Origin: Actinomycetota bacterium | GTDB lineage: Bacteria > Actinomycetota > Actinomycetes > Mycobacteriales > SCTD01 | Direction of reading: 5' to 3' | Assembly: GCA_033851845.1 (NCBI GenBank) | Contig: JAWWOH010000104.1 | Coordinates: forward strand, 30,922 to 94,921 | Length of the DNA: 64,000 nt | In this document: positions 44,506-57,776 of the stretch, in pieces | Layout of the letters: every line of letters starts with the position of its first letter | How positions within the stretch are numbered: the first letter of the stretch is position 1 | Notes under the pieces: model-generated | Databases searched by the model: none | What the model was told of the DNA's origin: nothing | What the model saw: only the letters and a program-made list of their open reading frames with translations | Position numbers and translations under genes: made by a program

Positions 44506-46101
44506 ATGCGCCTCCTGCCCCGTCGCCGCCTCGCGGTCCTCACCGCCCTGGCGTCCTTCGCCGCTCTCACGCTGGCCGTCTCCGCCAGTGCGGGAGTCAG
44601 CGCGCCGCGCGGCGCGGCCTGGGTCCCGACGTACACCAACTACACGCCGACCACGCTGTCCGGCGAGGACCCGACGGCCGACACGATGCTGGGCCACGAC
44701 GCGGGCGAGCCGTCGATCGGTGTCGACCACCGCACCGGAAAGGTGATGTACCAAGCGGTCCTGCAGACGATCCAGGCGACCTTCGACGACCAGACCATGC
44801 CGGCCAAGGTCACCTGGAAGGACGTGACCGACCCCATCGAGGGCGTCGAGACGCTCGACCCGATCCTGTTCACCGACTCCGTGACGGGCCGCACCTGGGT
44901 GTCGCAGCTGATGCCGCCCTGCAGCGTCGCGTCCTTCACCGACACCGACGGCGAGGATCTCGTCCCCGGCGCCAAGGGCTCGGGCTGGACGCGGTCGACG
45001 GGATGTGGGCTGGGCGCCAACTTCGACCACCAGGCGATCAGTGCCGGCCCGGCGCCGGCCGGCGTACCGACGACGTACGGCAACAACCGCGCCGTCTACT
45101 ACTGCTCGCACGTCGTGGTCGAGGCGACCTGCGCGCGCAGCCTCGACGGCGGCATCACGTTCCCGCAGAGCGCCGTCGCCTACACCTTCGACACCACCGA
45201 CCCCAACGGCTGCTCCGGCCTGCACGGGCACCTGAAGATCGCACCGGACGGCACGGCGTACCTCCCGAACTTCCAGTGCTTCGCCCCGGACGGACCGCCG
45301 CGGGCCGCGCTCGTCGTCGCCGACCCAGGTCCCGTGCTCTCGTTCCAGGTGCGCCGGCTCCCCAAGACGACGACGACAGCCGACTTCGACTCCGACCCCG
45401 CGGTCGGCATCGACGCCGCCGGCACGGCCTACGTCGCCTGGGAGGACGCGACCAGCAACCTGCAGGTCGCCGTGACCAAGGACCGCGCCAAGACCTACAC
45501 CGACATCCAGGACATCGGGAAGCCGTTCCACATCAAGAACGCCACGATGCCGGCAGTCGTCGGCGGCAGCGCGGGCCGGGCCGCGGTCGCCTTCCTCGGT
45601 ACGCCGACAGAGGCGCCGAAGGCCAAGGACGGCAAGCCGGAGAACAACCTGCGCTCGTTCGATCCGGACCGCGGGGATCCCAAGGGCGGCTGGCACCTGT
45701 ACGTCGCGACGACCTACGACTACGGCAAGCACTGGGCGACCGTCGACGCGACGCCCACCGACCCGGTGCAGCGCGACTGCATCTGGTGGGGCGACGTCGA
45801 CAGCGCACGCATCCCGACCGGCGACAAGAGCTGCTCGAGCAGCCCCGACCGCAACCTGCTCGACTTCATGGACATCTCCGTCGACAAGACCGGGCGCGTC
45901 GTCGTCGGGTACGCCGACGGCTGCGTCGGTCGTTGCGTGAAGGACGCCGGCTTCCACTCGTACACGACAGCGGGTGGCGGAACGGGCAAGGACGACAACG
46001 CGACGATCGCGCGGCAGACCTGTGGGCGGGGGCTGTACGCCGGCTACGACCGCTCGCCGGCCGGCCCGTTGATGACCTGCGCGGGGCACCGCCGCGGCTA
46101 G
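44506..46101 (+). CDS. secreted BNR/sialidase-like beta-propeller protein (no sorting signal)
   Basis: Signal peptide MRLLPRRRLAVLTALASFAALTLAVSASA and degenerate BNR repeats (SLDGGITF, TKDRAKTY, YDYGKHW). ATG at 44491 is the alternative start. Confidence 0.65.
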   Translation: MRLLPRRRLAVLTALASFAALTLAVSASAGVSAPRGAAWVPTYTNYTPTTLSGEDPTADTMLGHDAGEPSIGVDHRTGKVMYQAVLQTIQATFDDQTMPAKVTWKDVTDPIEGVETLDPILFTDSVTGRTWVSQLMPPCSVASFTDTDGEDLVPGAKGSGWTRSTGCGLGANFDHQAISAGPAPAGVPTTYGNNRAVYYCSHVVVEATCARSLDGGITFPQSAVAYTFDTTDPNGCSGLHGHLKIAPDGTAYLPNFQCFAPDGPPRAALVVADPGPVLSFQVRRLPKTTTTADFDSDPAVGIDAAGTAYVAWEDATSNLQVAVTKDRAKTYTDIQDIGKPFHIKNATMPAVVGGSAGRAAVAFLGTPTEAPKAKDGKPENNLRSFDPDRGDPKGGWHLYVATTYDYGKHWATVDATPTDPVQRDCIWWGDVDSARIPTGDKSCSSSPDRNLLDFMDISVDKTGRVVVGYADGCVGRCVKDAGFHSYTTAGGGTGKDDNATIARQTCGRGLYAGYDRSPAGPLMTCAGHRRG

Positions 46102-46120
46102 CGCGATCTAGGCTGGCCGC

Positions 46121-47146
46121 ATGGTCGTCGTCATGCGGACCGGAGCCGCGCCGGAGGAGATCGACGCCGTCGTCGCGCGGGTCGAGAGCGCGGGCGGCTC
46201 GGCGTTCGTCAGCCGCGGCGTGCAGCGCACGATCGTCGGCCTCGTCGGCGACATCGCGGCGTTCCAGTCGCTCAACCTGCGCGCGATGCCGGGCGTCGGG
46301 GACGTCGTACGGGTCTCCAAGCCTTACAAGCTGGTCAGCCGCGAGCACCACCCGGAAGCGACGACGATCCAGGTCGGCGGCGTGCCCATCGGGCCGGACA
46401 CCTTCACGCTCATCGCGGGACCGTGTGCCGTCGAGACGGCCGACCAGACCCTCGAGTCGGCGCGGATGGCGCAGCAGGCCGGCGCCTCACTGCTGCGCGG
46501 TGGGGCGTTCAAGCCGCGCACCTCGCCGTACGCCTTCCAGGGCCTCGGCGAGAAGGGACTGCGCATCCTCGCCGACGTGCGCGAGGAGACCGGCATGCCG
46601 ATCGTCACCGAGATCGTCGACGCGCACGACGTCGAGCTGGTCGCGGAGTACGCCGACATGCTGCAGGTCGGCACCCGCAACATGCAGAACTTCGCCCTCC
46701 TCCAGGCGGTGGGCGGTGCCGGCAAGCCGGTGATGATCAAGCGCGGCATGACGGCGACGTACGAGGAGTGGCTGATGGCGGCGGAATACGTCGCGCAGCG
46801 CGGCAACCTCGACATCGTGCTGTGCGAGCGGGGCATCCGCACGTTCGAGTCGGCCACCCGCAACACGCTCGACATCGCGGCGGTGCCGATGGTGCACGCG
46901 CTGTCGCACCTGCCGGTCGTCGTGGACCCGTCGCACTCCGCCGGTCGCCGCGACCTCGTCGTGCCGCTGACGCGAGCCGCGATCGGCGCGGGCGCAGACG
47001 CCGTCATCGTCGACGTGCACCCCGACCCGACCGCCGCGCTGTGCGACGGCCCGCAGGCGCTGTACGGCGAGGAGCTCGACCAGCTGGCCGCCGCCTGCCG
47101 CGACCTGCCGCCGATGGTCGGCCGCCGGCTCACCACCCAGGATTAG
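46121..47146 (+). CDS. 3-deoxy-7-phosphoheptulonate (DAHP) synthase, class I-beta with N-terminal regulatory domain
   Basis: N-terminal ferredoxin-like domain (MVVVMRTGAAPEEIDAVVARVE...) followed by the KDO8P/DAHPS I-beta barrel (GPCAVE, LRGGAFKPRTSPY, DPSH). Confidence 0.85.
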   Translation: MVVVMRTGAAPEEIDAVVARVESAGGSAFVSRGVQRTIVGLVGDIAAFQSLNLRAMPGVGDVVRVSKPYKLVSREHHPEATTIQVGGVPIGPDTFTLIAGPCAVETADQTLESARMAQQAGASLLRGGAFKPRTSPYAFQGLGEKGLRILADVREETGMPIVTEIVDAHDVELVAEYADMLQVGTRNMQNFALLQAVGGAGKPVMIKRGMTATYEEWLMAAEYVAQRGNLDIVLCERGIRTFESATRNTLDIAAVPMVHALSHLPVVVDPSHSAGRRDLVVPLTRAAIGAGADAVIVDVHPDPTAALCDGPQALYGEELDQLAAACRDLPPMVGRRLTTQD

Positions 47147-47235
47147 CGCGGCCGGCTCACGTTGCCAAGATCTTCCCCGACCTGTCCCGGTGATAGCCGG
47201 TGCGGATGGCCGAAGATCTTCGTCCGGCGGGTGAA

Positions 47236-48234
<999 letters not shown>

Positions 48235-48251
48235 CGACCTAAGGTATCCGC

Positions 48252-49613
48252 GTGGCAGACCTGCGCAGGGCGCCGGGCTTGTCCGCGGAGGACGTCTCGG
48301 CGGCGGTCCGGATCCACGCCGACCGGGTCCACGACTTCGCCCGCCGGCTGGGCTGCAGCGGCGCCGCGGCGGTCGAGGTCGTCGAGACGAGCGCGCTGGA
48401 CCTGGTCGAGGCGGTCGCTACCGCGCCCCACACCGTTCCGGACCTCGTCGGCTGGTGGTTCGGCCGGGCCCGGGCCCTCGGGCGGCGGGTGTCGGACACC
48501 CGGCACGACCCGCCGCTCGGCGGGGGCGTCCTGTCTGCGGACCGCGACCAGGTCGTTCTGGCCGAGACGCTCGACACGCTGCCGGAGCGCGAGCGGGTCG
48601 CGCTGCTGCTCCGCGACTCCTACGCGCTGTCCGCTCCCTCCGTGGCGGTGGCGCTCGGCACCGAGGTCGACGCGGCTATGGAGACGGTCGGCCGGGCGCG
48701 GCTCGCGTTCCTGGCCTCTGTCGGCGACGAGGACGTCCTCCCGACCGCAGGGCATGCCGTGCAGCTCAGCGCGCTGGCGCGGCTCGCCGAGGGCGGCCCG
48801 GTGGCGGCGGCCGACGCGACCGCACGTCGCCACGCCCAGGCCTGCGCCATGTGTCGGAGCGTGAGCGACGCGCAGTCACGAGCGCATCAGATGCTGGCCG
48901 GCCTCACGGTCGTCGCTCTCCCCGAGGAGCTGCGCAGCGGCGTGCTCGGCCGCGTCGACGCGCAGGCTCGAGCGGCTCTGCCGCTGGCAGCGGAGCTCGT
49001 CCTCAACGACGACGACCTGCTCGACGACGCACCGAGCCGTTGGCTGGTCCCCCTGTACGCGGTGCTGGGCCTGATCGCCGCCGTCGTCGTGGGCACGATC
49101 CTGGGACTGTTCCTCAGCCGCGGCAGCAGCGGCACATCGGCGAGCTCGAACAACGATCCCAACGTGCTGCCCGAGGTGACGGGCAAGCCGGTGCCGACCG
49201 AGAGCCCGCTGCCGACGGCGTTCCCGACGCTCTCGGGCAACCCGAGCCCGACGGTGTTCGTCGTGAGCCCGACACCGTCACCGGGCTCGGCGAGCCGGGC
49301 CCCGTCATCGACCGGCGCACCTGAACCGGCGACGGAGCCGCTCGCGCTGACCGCCGACCCGTCCAGCGGGCCCAATGGCACGACCGTCACCCTGCAGGGC
49401 ACCGGCTGGTTGCCCCGGGGAACGGTCGCGATCGACTACCTCGATCCGCTCGGACGGCAGACCGGCTCGCACGCCAGCGCGACCGTCGACGCCCGTGGCC
49501 GGTTCACCACGACGCTGTCGGCGCAGGACCCGGCCAACCTGCCCGGCCGGCACACCATCCGCGCGACGGACGGGACGCAGACTCTCTCCACGACGTTCGA
49601 CGCGAGCGGCTGA
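48252..49613 (+). CDS. membrane protein fusing a sigma-70 region-4-like HTH, a ZAS-type HxxxCxxC motif, one TM helix and an extracytoplasmic Ig-like domain
   Basis: LPERERVALLLRDSYALSAPSVAVALGTEVDAAMETVGRARLAF; HAQACAMC (48831-48854); TM WLVPLYAVLGLIAAVVVGTILGLFL; a Pro/Ser linker; and a C-terminal beta-rich domain. Confidence 0.6.
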   Translation: MADLRRAPGLSAEDVSAAVRIHADRVHDFARRLGCSGAAAVEVVETSALDLVEAVATAPHTVPDLVGWWFGRARALGRRVSDTRHDPPLGGGVLSADRDQVVLAETLDTLPERERVALLLRDSYALSAPSVAVALGTEVDAAMETVGRARLAFLASVGDEDVLPTAGHAVQLSALARLAEGGPVAAADATARRHAQACAMCRSVSDAQSRAHQMLAGLTVVALPEELRSGVLGRVDAQARAALPLAAELVLNDDDLLDDAPSRWLVPLYAVLGLIAAVVVGTILGLFLSRGSSGTSASSNNDPNVLPEVTGKPVPTESPLPTAFPTLSGNPSPTVFVVSPTPSPGSASRAPSSTGAPEPATEPLALTADPSSGPNGTTVTLQGTGWLPRGTVAIDYLDPLGRQTGSHASATVDARGRFTTTLSAQDPANLPGRHTIRATDGTQTLSTTFDASG

Positions 49614-49626
49614 CCACCACGACCCG

Positions 49627-52558
<2,932 letters not shown>

Positions 52559-52562
<4 letters not shown>

Positions 52563-53584
52563 CCGAAGAAGACCTCGGCCTCCTCGTAGCGCTCGACCGG
52601 CACGGTCTTCAGCTCCGTGGTCGCCGCGGACAACGCCACCCGCACGATCTCGGTGCCGGACAGCGCGACCATCACCCCGCTGTCCCCCTCATGGACGGCG
52701 TCGATGGCGTGTAGGCCGAACCGCGTGGCGAGGACGCGGTCGTACGCCGTCGGCGTACCGCCTCTCTGCACGTGACCGAGCACGGTCTGCCGCGACTCGA
52801 AGCCGGTCCGCTCCTCGATCTCGCGCTCGAGCACCTGGCCGATGCCGCCGAGCCGCACATGCCCGAACGCATCGAGCTCGCCCTTCTGCAGCGCCATCGT
52901 GCCGGCCGCCGGGGTCGCCCCTTCCGCCACGACGACGATCGGCGAGTAGTGCGACGCGAACCGGTGCTTGATGTGCTCGCACACCTTGTCGATGTCGAAC
53001 GGCCGCTCCGGGATCAGGATCACGTTGGCACCGCCGGCGAGTCCGGAGTGCAGCGCGATCCAGCCGGCGTGCCGACCCATCACCTCGACGATGAGCACGC
53101 GGTGGTGCGACTCGGCCGTTGTGTGCAGCCGGTCGATGGCGTCGACGGCGATCTGGACCGCAGTGTCGAAGCCGAAGGTGTAGTCGGTGGCGCCGAGGTC
53201 GTTGTCGATCGTCTTCGGTACGCCGACGACGGTCAGCCCGGCGGCTGCCAACGCCGTCGCCACGCCGAGGGTGTCCTCCCCGCCGATGGCGATCAGCGCG
53301 TCGACGCCCGTTGCCTTGAGGTTGTCGCGGATCCGGTCGACCCCGCCCTCGACCTTGATGGGGTTGGTGCGACTGCTGCCCAGGATCGTGCCGCCACGGG
53401 GCAGGATGCCTCGTACCTGCGGCACGCCGAGCTCCATGGTGTCGCCCTCGAGCGGGCCCCGCCAGCCGTCCCGGAAGCCGACGAACTCGTGCCCGTAGAC
53501 GTCGACGCCCTTGCGCACGACGGCGCGGATCACCGCGTTCAGGCCGGGGCAGTCGCCACCACCGGTCAGCACACCGATACGCAT
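52559..53584 (-). CDS. pfkA: 6-phosphofructokinase
   Basis: MRIGVLTGGGDCPGLNAVIR, GGEDTLG, PKTIDNDL, MGRHAG. Confidence 0.9.
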
Positions 53585-53650
53585 CCGAGCCTCCACGGGT
53601 CAGGTCCGGCAGAACCTATCGGCCCTCCGGCCGCGTCCCTCGCCCGACCG

Positions 53651-53712
53651 TGATCAACGCGGCCGCGCCTGATGAAGGCCGGAGGTGGAGTCCGGCGACG
53701 GCGCGTTGATCA
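53651..53712. repeat. 11-bp perfect inverted repeat (TGATCAACGCG / CGCGTTGATCA), 40-nt spacer with inner hairpin
   Basis: Checked base by base. The inner hairpin is GCCGGA-GGTGGAG-TCCGGC. AAGGAGG follows the 3' arm directly. Confidence 0.9.
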
Positions 53713-53743
53713 AGGAGGTGGATGCAGGCGCCGATGAGCAGGT

Positions 53744-54802
53744 GTGCGCGTGTTTCGACGTACGACGATGAGGGTTGCCCTGGTGGCGGCCATCCTCGCG
53801 CTGCCCCTCGCGCTGCCCGGTGGTGGCGCCTCGGCGGAGCCGCCCCCCACGCCGACCGCAGCGGACCTGCCGCGCCTGCAGGCCGAGCTGGCGGCCGTCA
53901 CGTCGACGGCCGAGCGGCTGGCCGAGGCGCTCGACGCCGCGGCGGCTCGCGACGGCGGTCTTCGACTGGCCATGGACGAGTTGGCCGAGGAGCAGGACGC
54001 GGCGCAGGCCCGGCTGGACGCCCGGGCCCGGCTCGTCTACATGCGCAGCCGGCCGAACCCGCTCGGCGCGCTCGCGGAGGAGCTTGCCGCCCCGGGATTG
54101 CGGCGGATCGCGCACCAGGGCCAGACCGCGGCACTCACGGTCGACCGCTCCCTCATCGACGCCGTGGCCAGGCAGTCGGCGAAGGTGAAGGCGCTGCAGG
54201 TCCGGGCGGAGGCCTTCCGCGACCGGCTGCGGGCGCAGGCGGCAGAGGTATTCGCGGCGCAGGACAAGGCCCGCGAGCTGCTCGCTGTCGCGGAGCGGCT
54301 CGCAGCGCAGCAGCGCGCAGCGGCGGAGCTCGCCGAGCTCGCCGAGCTCGAAGCGCAGCGAGCCGCGCTCGACGAGGTCTCGGCCGCCGTCACCGCCGTA
54401 CTGACCCCCGCCCAGACCCGTCGCAGCCAAGCCGCGGCACAGAACCAGGCGCCGGTCCTCGCCGTCATCGAGGCAGCCGGCTCCGACTACCCGAGGGGCT
54501 ACCGACCGACCGGCGCGACGATCACCGGCACCGCGTCCTGGTACGGGCCGGGTTTCGTCGGCAGCCTGACCGCCAGCGGCGCGCCGTACGACCCCGAACG
54601 ACTGACGTGCGCCAACAAGGAGCTGCCGCTCGGCACGGTCATCCGGGTGTCGGCCAACGGCCGGGCCGTGAGCTGCTTGGTGAACGACCGCGGGCCGTAC
54701 GTCGGTGACCGCATCCTGGACATGTCGCGGGCGGGTTCACGGGCGCTCGGGTACGACGGCCTGGCCGACGTCGTGATCGAGGTGCTCGCCGCTACGGGTT
54801 AG
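53744..54802 (+). CDS. RlpA-like double-psi beta-barrel protein with N-terminal coiled coil
   Basis: Signal peptide, long Ala/Glu/Leu coiled coil, and C-terminal SWYGPGFVGSLTASGAPYDPERLTCANKELPLGTVIRV...VNDRGPY. ATG at 53768 is the alternative start. Confidence 0.8.
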   Translation: MRVFRRTTMRVALVAAILALPLALPGGGASAEPPPTPTAADLPRLQAELAAVTSTAERLAEALDAAAARDGGLRLAMDELAEEQDAAQARLDARARLVYMRSRPNPLGALAEELAAPGLRRIAHQGQTAALTVDRSLIDAVARQSAKVKALQVRAEAFRDRLRAQAAEVFAAQDKARELLAVAERLAAQQRAAAELAELAELEAQRAALDEVSAAVTAVLTPAQTRRSQAAAQNQAPVLAVIEAAGSDYPRGYRPTGATITGTASWYGPGFVGSLTASGAPYDPERLTCANKELPLGTVIRVSANGRAVSCLVNDRGPYVGDRILDMSRAGSRALGYDGLADVVIEVLAATG

Positions 54803-54912
54803 CTGTTCGCGCGGGCCTTGTCCGCTGCCTTGATCTTCTTCGCGGAGCGCTTCTCCTTGAGGGACTTGCCCTCCTTCTTGGCGCTGTCCTTCTTCGGCGA
54901 CTTGTCTGACAT
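54799..54912 (-). CDS. small Lys-rich protein (37 aa), function unknown
   Basis: Not in the ORF track. MSDKSPKKDSAKKEGKSLKEKRSAKKIKAADKARANS. GAGGAG lies about 10 nt before the ATG. 35 of 37 codons end in G/C. Confidence 0.5.
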   Translation of the reverse strand: MSDKSPKKDSAKKEGKSLKEKRSAKKIKAADKARANS

Positions 54913-54952
54913 GGCGTCATCGCTCCTCGGTAGGGGCTGACCGTACTGCCGT

Positions 54953-55441
54953 TCAGACCTCGAGGCCCAGCGAATAGGCCTTCTCGGCGAGTGCCTCCCA
55001 CTTGGTCTTCACGTGCCGCGCGTCGGCGAGCGCGTCGTGCAGGCCGCTGGTCTGCTCGGGCAGCGGCGGCCGGCCGAGGTGCTCCCAGAGCTGACGCACA
55101 TCGAGGGTGAACCGCGGGATGGTCCGCGGCAGGTCGGGCATGGCGCCCCACAGCTGGCACAGCGCGACGTGGTCGTAGGCGCCGTACCAGGCCCAGAGCA
55201 CAGGTGCGGGACCGAGGAAGTCCAGCAGCTCGGCCCGGATGGTGCTGCGGGGCTTCCAGGTGTTCGCCGGAGGCAGCTGCGGCAGCACGTTGTCGCGCAC
55301 CCACGGATGCACGCTCATCGGGTCGAACTCGCTGGAGACCGCGTAGTACTCGCTGCCGTCCTCGCCGACGACGCCGATCGAGATCAGCGTGATGTCCGGC
55401 GCCGTGACACCGAACTCCCCGTCGTAGAAGAACCGCGCCAT
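54953..55441 (-). CDS. Rv2179c-like 3'-5' exoribonuclease
   Basis: 162 aa. MARFFYDGEF...TLISIGVVGEDGSEYYAV...WAWYGAYDHVAL...HDALADAR (DEDDh-like). Confidence 0.75.
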   Translation of the reverse strand: MARFFYDGEFGVTAPDITLISIGVVGEDGSEYYAVSSEFDPMSVHPWVRDNVLPQLPPANTWKPRSTIRAELLDFLGPAPVLWAWYGAYDHVALCQLWGAMPDLPRTIPRFTLDVRQLWEHLGRPPLPEQTSGLHDALADARHVKTKWEALAEKAYSLGLEV

Positions 55442-55477
55442 GCCGCCACCGTAGGGGCTGGTCATAGGGTCGAATGC

Positions 55478-56287
55478 ATGACGTTCTCGATCGTGGCCCG
55501 CTCGTCGGATGGCACGCAGTGGGGCGTGGCGGTCGCCAGCAAGTTCCTGGCCGTCGGGGCTGCCGTGCCGGCGGCCCGGTTCGGTGTCGGCGCCATCGCG
55601 ACGCAGTCGTTCGCCAACCTCGCGTACAAGCACGACGGCCTGCACCTGCTGCGGCGTGGGATGTCGGCGCAGCACGTCCTCGACAAGCTCACTGCGGACG
55701 ACGACCTGCGCGAGCAGCGTCAGGTCGGCATCGTCGACAAGGACGGCAACGCGGCGACCTACACGGGTGCGGCGTGCAATGCCTGGGCGGGCGGGCGAAC
55801 CGGCGACGGCTACGCCGCGCAGGGCAACATCCTCACCGGGCCCGAGGTGGTCGACGCGCTGGCGGAGGCCTTCGAGGGAAACGCCGGTCCCGTCGCGCAC
55901 CGGCTGTTCCAGGCGCTGCTCGCGGCCGACCGGGCAGGCGGCGACCGTCGCGGTCGGCAGAGCGCCGCGCTGTACGTCGTCAGTGAGAACGGCGGGTACG
56001 GCGGCGGCAGCGACGTACTGGTCGACGTCCGCGTCGACGACCACGCCGATCCGGTGCCTGAGCTCGGCCGGCTGCTCGACTTGTACGACCTGTACTTCGG
56101 CAAGCCCGATCCCGACACACTTCTGCCGCTGACCGGCGAGCTGCTGGACGAGGTGCAGACGCGCCTTGGCCGGCTGGGTTACGAGAGCCTCGACGCCTGG
56201 GCCGGCGTGGAGAACTACGAGGAGCGGATCGTGAAGGACAACATCGACCCGATCGTCCTCGAGAAGCTGCGCGAAGCGACACCCTGA
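55478..56287 (+). CDS. DUF1028 family (Ntn-hydrolase-like) protein
   Basis: MTFSIVARS... N-terminus, and a C-terminal peptidoglycan-binding-like tail. Confidence 0.8.
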   Translation: MTFSIVARSSDGTQWGVAVASKFLAVGAAVPAARFGVGAIATQSFANLAYKHDGLHLLRRGMSAQHVLDKLTADDDLREQRQVGIVDKDGNAATYTGAACNAWAGGRTGDGYAAQGNILTGPEVVDALAEAFEGNAGPVAHRLFQALLAADRAGGDRRGRQSAALYVVSENGGYGGGSDVLVDVRVDDHADPVPELGRLLDLYDLYFGKPDPDTLLPLTGELLDEVQTRLGRLGYESLDAWAGVENYEERIVKDNIDPIVLEKLREATP

Positions 56288-57756
56288 TGCCCGTGCTGGC
56301 GATCGACGCCGGGACCACCGGCGTCACGGCGCTGGTCGTCGGCGAGGACGGGCGCGTGGTCAGCCGCGGCTACCAGGAGTTCGCCCAGCACTTCCCACGA
56401 CCGGGCTGGGTCGAGCACGAGCCGGAAGAGATCTGGGTCGCGACCCTGCAAGCGTGCCGGCTCGCGCTGCGCGACCAGACCGTCACGTGCATCGGCATCA
56501 CCAACCAGCGCGAGACGGCGGTGGTCTGGGATCGCACCCGCCTGTCCGCACCCCGCCGCGCGATCGTCTGGCAGGACAGGCGCACGACGGAGATCTGCGA
56601 GCGGCTGAAGTCCGACGGGCATGAAGCGCGGGTCGCCGAGCTGACCGGCCTGCGGCTCGATCCCTACTTCACCGCGACCAAGCTGACCTGGCTGAAGGAG
56701 CACGACGAGGCAAGCTGGCGCGGGATCACGGACGGCTCGCTCTGGGTCGGCACTGTCGACTCCTACGTCGTCGCACGACTGACCGGCGGCGCACGCCACG
56801 TCACGGACGCGTCCAACGCATCGCGGACGCTGCTGTTCGACCTGCGAGCCGGCGGCTGGAGCGAGGAGCTGTGCTCGCTGTTCGGCGTACCGGTCGCGGC
56901 CCTGCCCGAGGTCGTTGCGTCGTACGGCGAGATCGGCCGCAGTGACCCCGACTCATTCCTGGGCCTCGACCTCCCGATCGCCGGTATCGCCGGGGACCAG
57001 CAGGCGGCGCTGTTCGGGCAGGGCTGCTACGACGCCGGCCGGTCGAAGTGCACGTACGGCACCGGATCGTTCGTCCTCGTCAACACGGGCGAGACGCCGG
57101 TGCTGTCCGACCGGTTGCTCACGACGGTCGCGTGGATGCGACCGGACGGCGCGCTGGTGTATGCGCTGGAGGGCTCGGTGTTCGTCACCGGCTCGGCGGT
57201 GCAGTGGCTGCGGGACGGTCTGCAGATCATCGGCTCCGCGGCGGAGATCGAGTCACTGGCGGCGTCGGTGCCGGACAGCGGTGGGGTGGTGTTCGTACCC
57301 GCGCTGACGGGTCTCGGCGCGCCGCACTGGGATCCGGAGGCGCGCGGCACAGTACTCGGCATCACCCGCGGCACGACGCGTGCGCACCTCGCCCGGGCAA
57401 CCCTCGACGCGATCGCCTTCGAGGTGCGCGACGTGGTCGACGCGATGACCAACGAGGCAGGGCTGAAAGTGCCGCAACTGCAGGTCGACGGCGGCGCGAG
57501 TGCCAACAACCTGCTGTGCCAGCTGCAGGCCGACCAGCTGGGTGTCCCCGTGCAGCGACCGGAGGTGCTCGAGACAACCGCCCTCGGCGCCGCCTTCCTG
57601 GCCGGGCTCGGTACCGGTGTGTGGTCGAGCCAGGACGAGCTCGCAGAGACCTGGAAGCTGGACCGACGCTTCGAGCCGGCTGCCGGCGTACGCGATGACG
57701 GCCGGCACGCCCAGTGGCTGCGCGGAGTGGACCGAAGCAAGGGCTGGGCGCTGTAG
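56287..57756 (+). CDS. glpK: glycerol kinase
   Basis: LAIDAGTTG, ITNQRETAVVWDR, FGGY kinase C-terminal domain. The start overlaps the upstream stop. Confidence 0.9.
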   Translation: MPVLAIDAGTTGVTALVVGEDGRVVSRGYQEFAQHFPRPGWVEHEPEEIWVATLQACRLALRDQTVTCIGITNQRETAVVWDRTRLSAPRRAIVWQDRRTTEICERLKSDGHEARVAELTGLRLDPYFTATKLTWLKEHDEASWRGITDGSLWVGTVDSYVVARLTGGARHVTDASNASRTLLFDLRAGGWSEELCSLFGVPVAALPEVVASYGEIGRSDPDSFLGLDLPIAGIAGDQQAALFGQGCYDAGRSKCTYGTGSFVLVNTGETPVLSDRLLTTVAWMRPDGALVYALEGSVFVTGSAVQWLRDGLQIIGSAAEIESLAASVPDSGGVVFVPALTGLGAPHWDPEARGTVLGITRGTTRAHLARATLDAIAFEVRDVVDAMTNEAGLKVPQLQVDGGASANNLLCQLQADQLGVPVQRPEVLETTALGAAFLAGLGTGVWSSQDELAETWKLDRRFEPAAGVRDDGRHAQWLRGVDRSKGWAL

Positions 57757-57776
57757 GTTCCGCTCGGAGGTGCGCC

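Noticed and set aside
53722-54708. 328-aa ORF starting 3 nt after AAGGAGG
   Set aside because: The SD spacing is too short and the translation is Arg/Gly/Ala-rich junk. It overlaps the well-supported RlpA-like frame.
54930-55460. Shared 10-mer GTAGGGGCTG on both sides of the exoribonuclease gene (54930-54939 and 55451-55460)
   Set aside because: Repeated 10-mers are expected many times over by chance in 64 kb, and there is no extended similarity around them.
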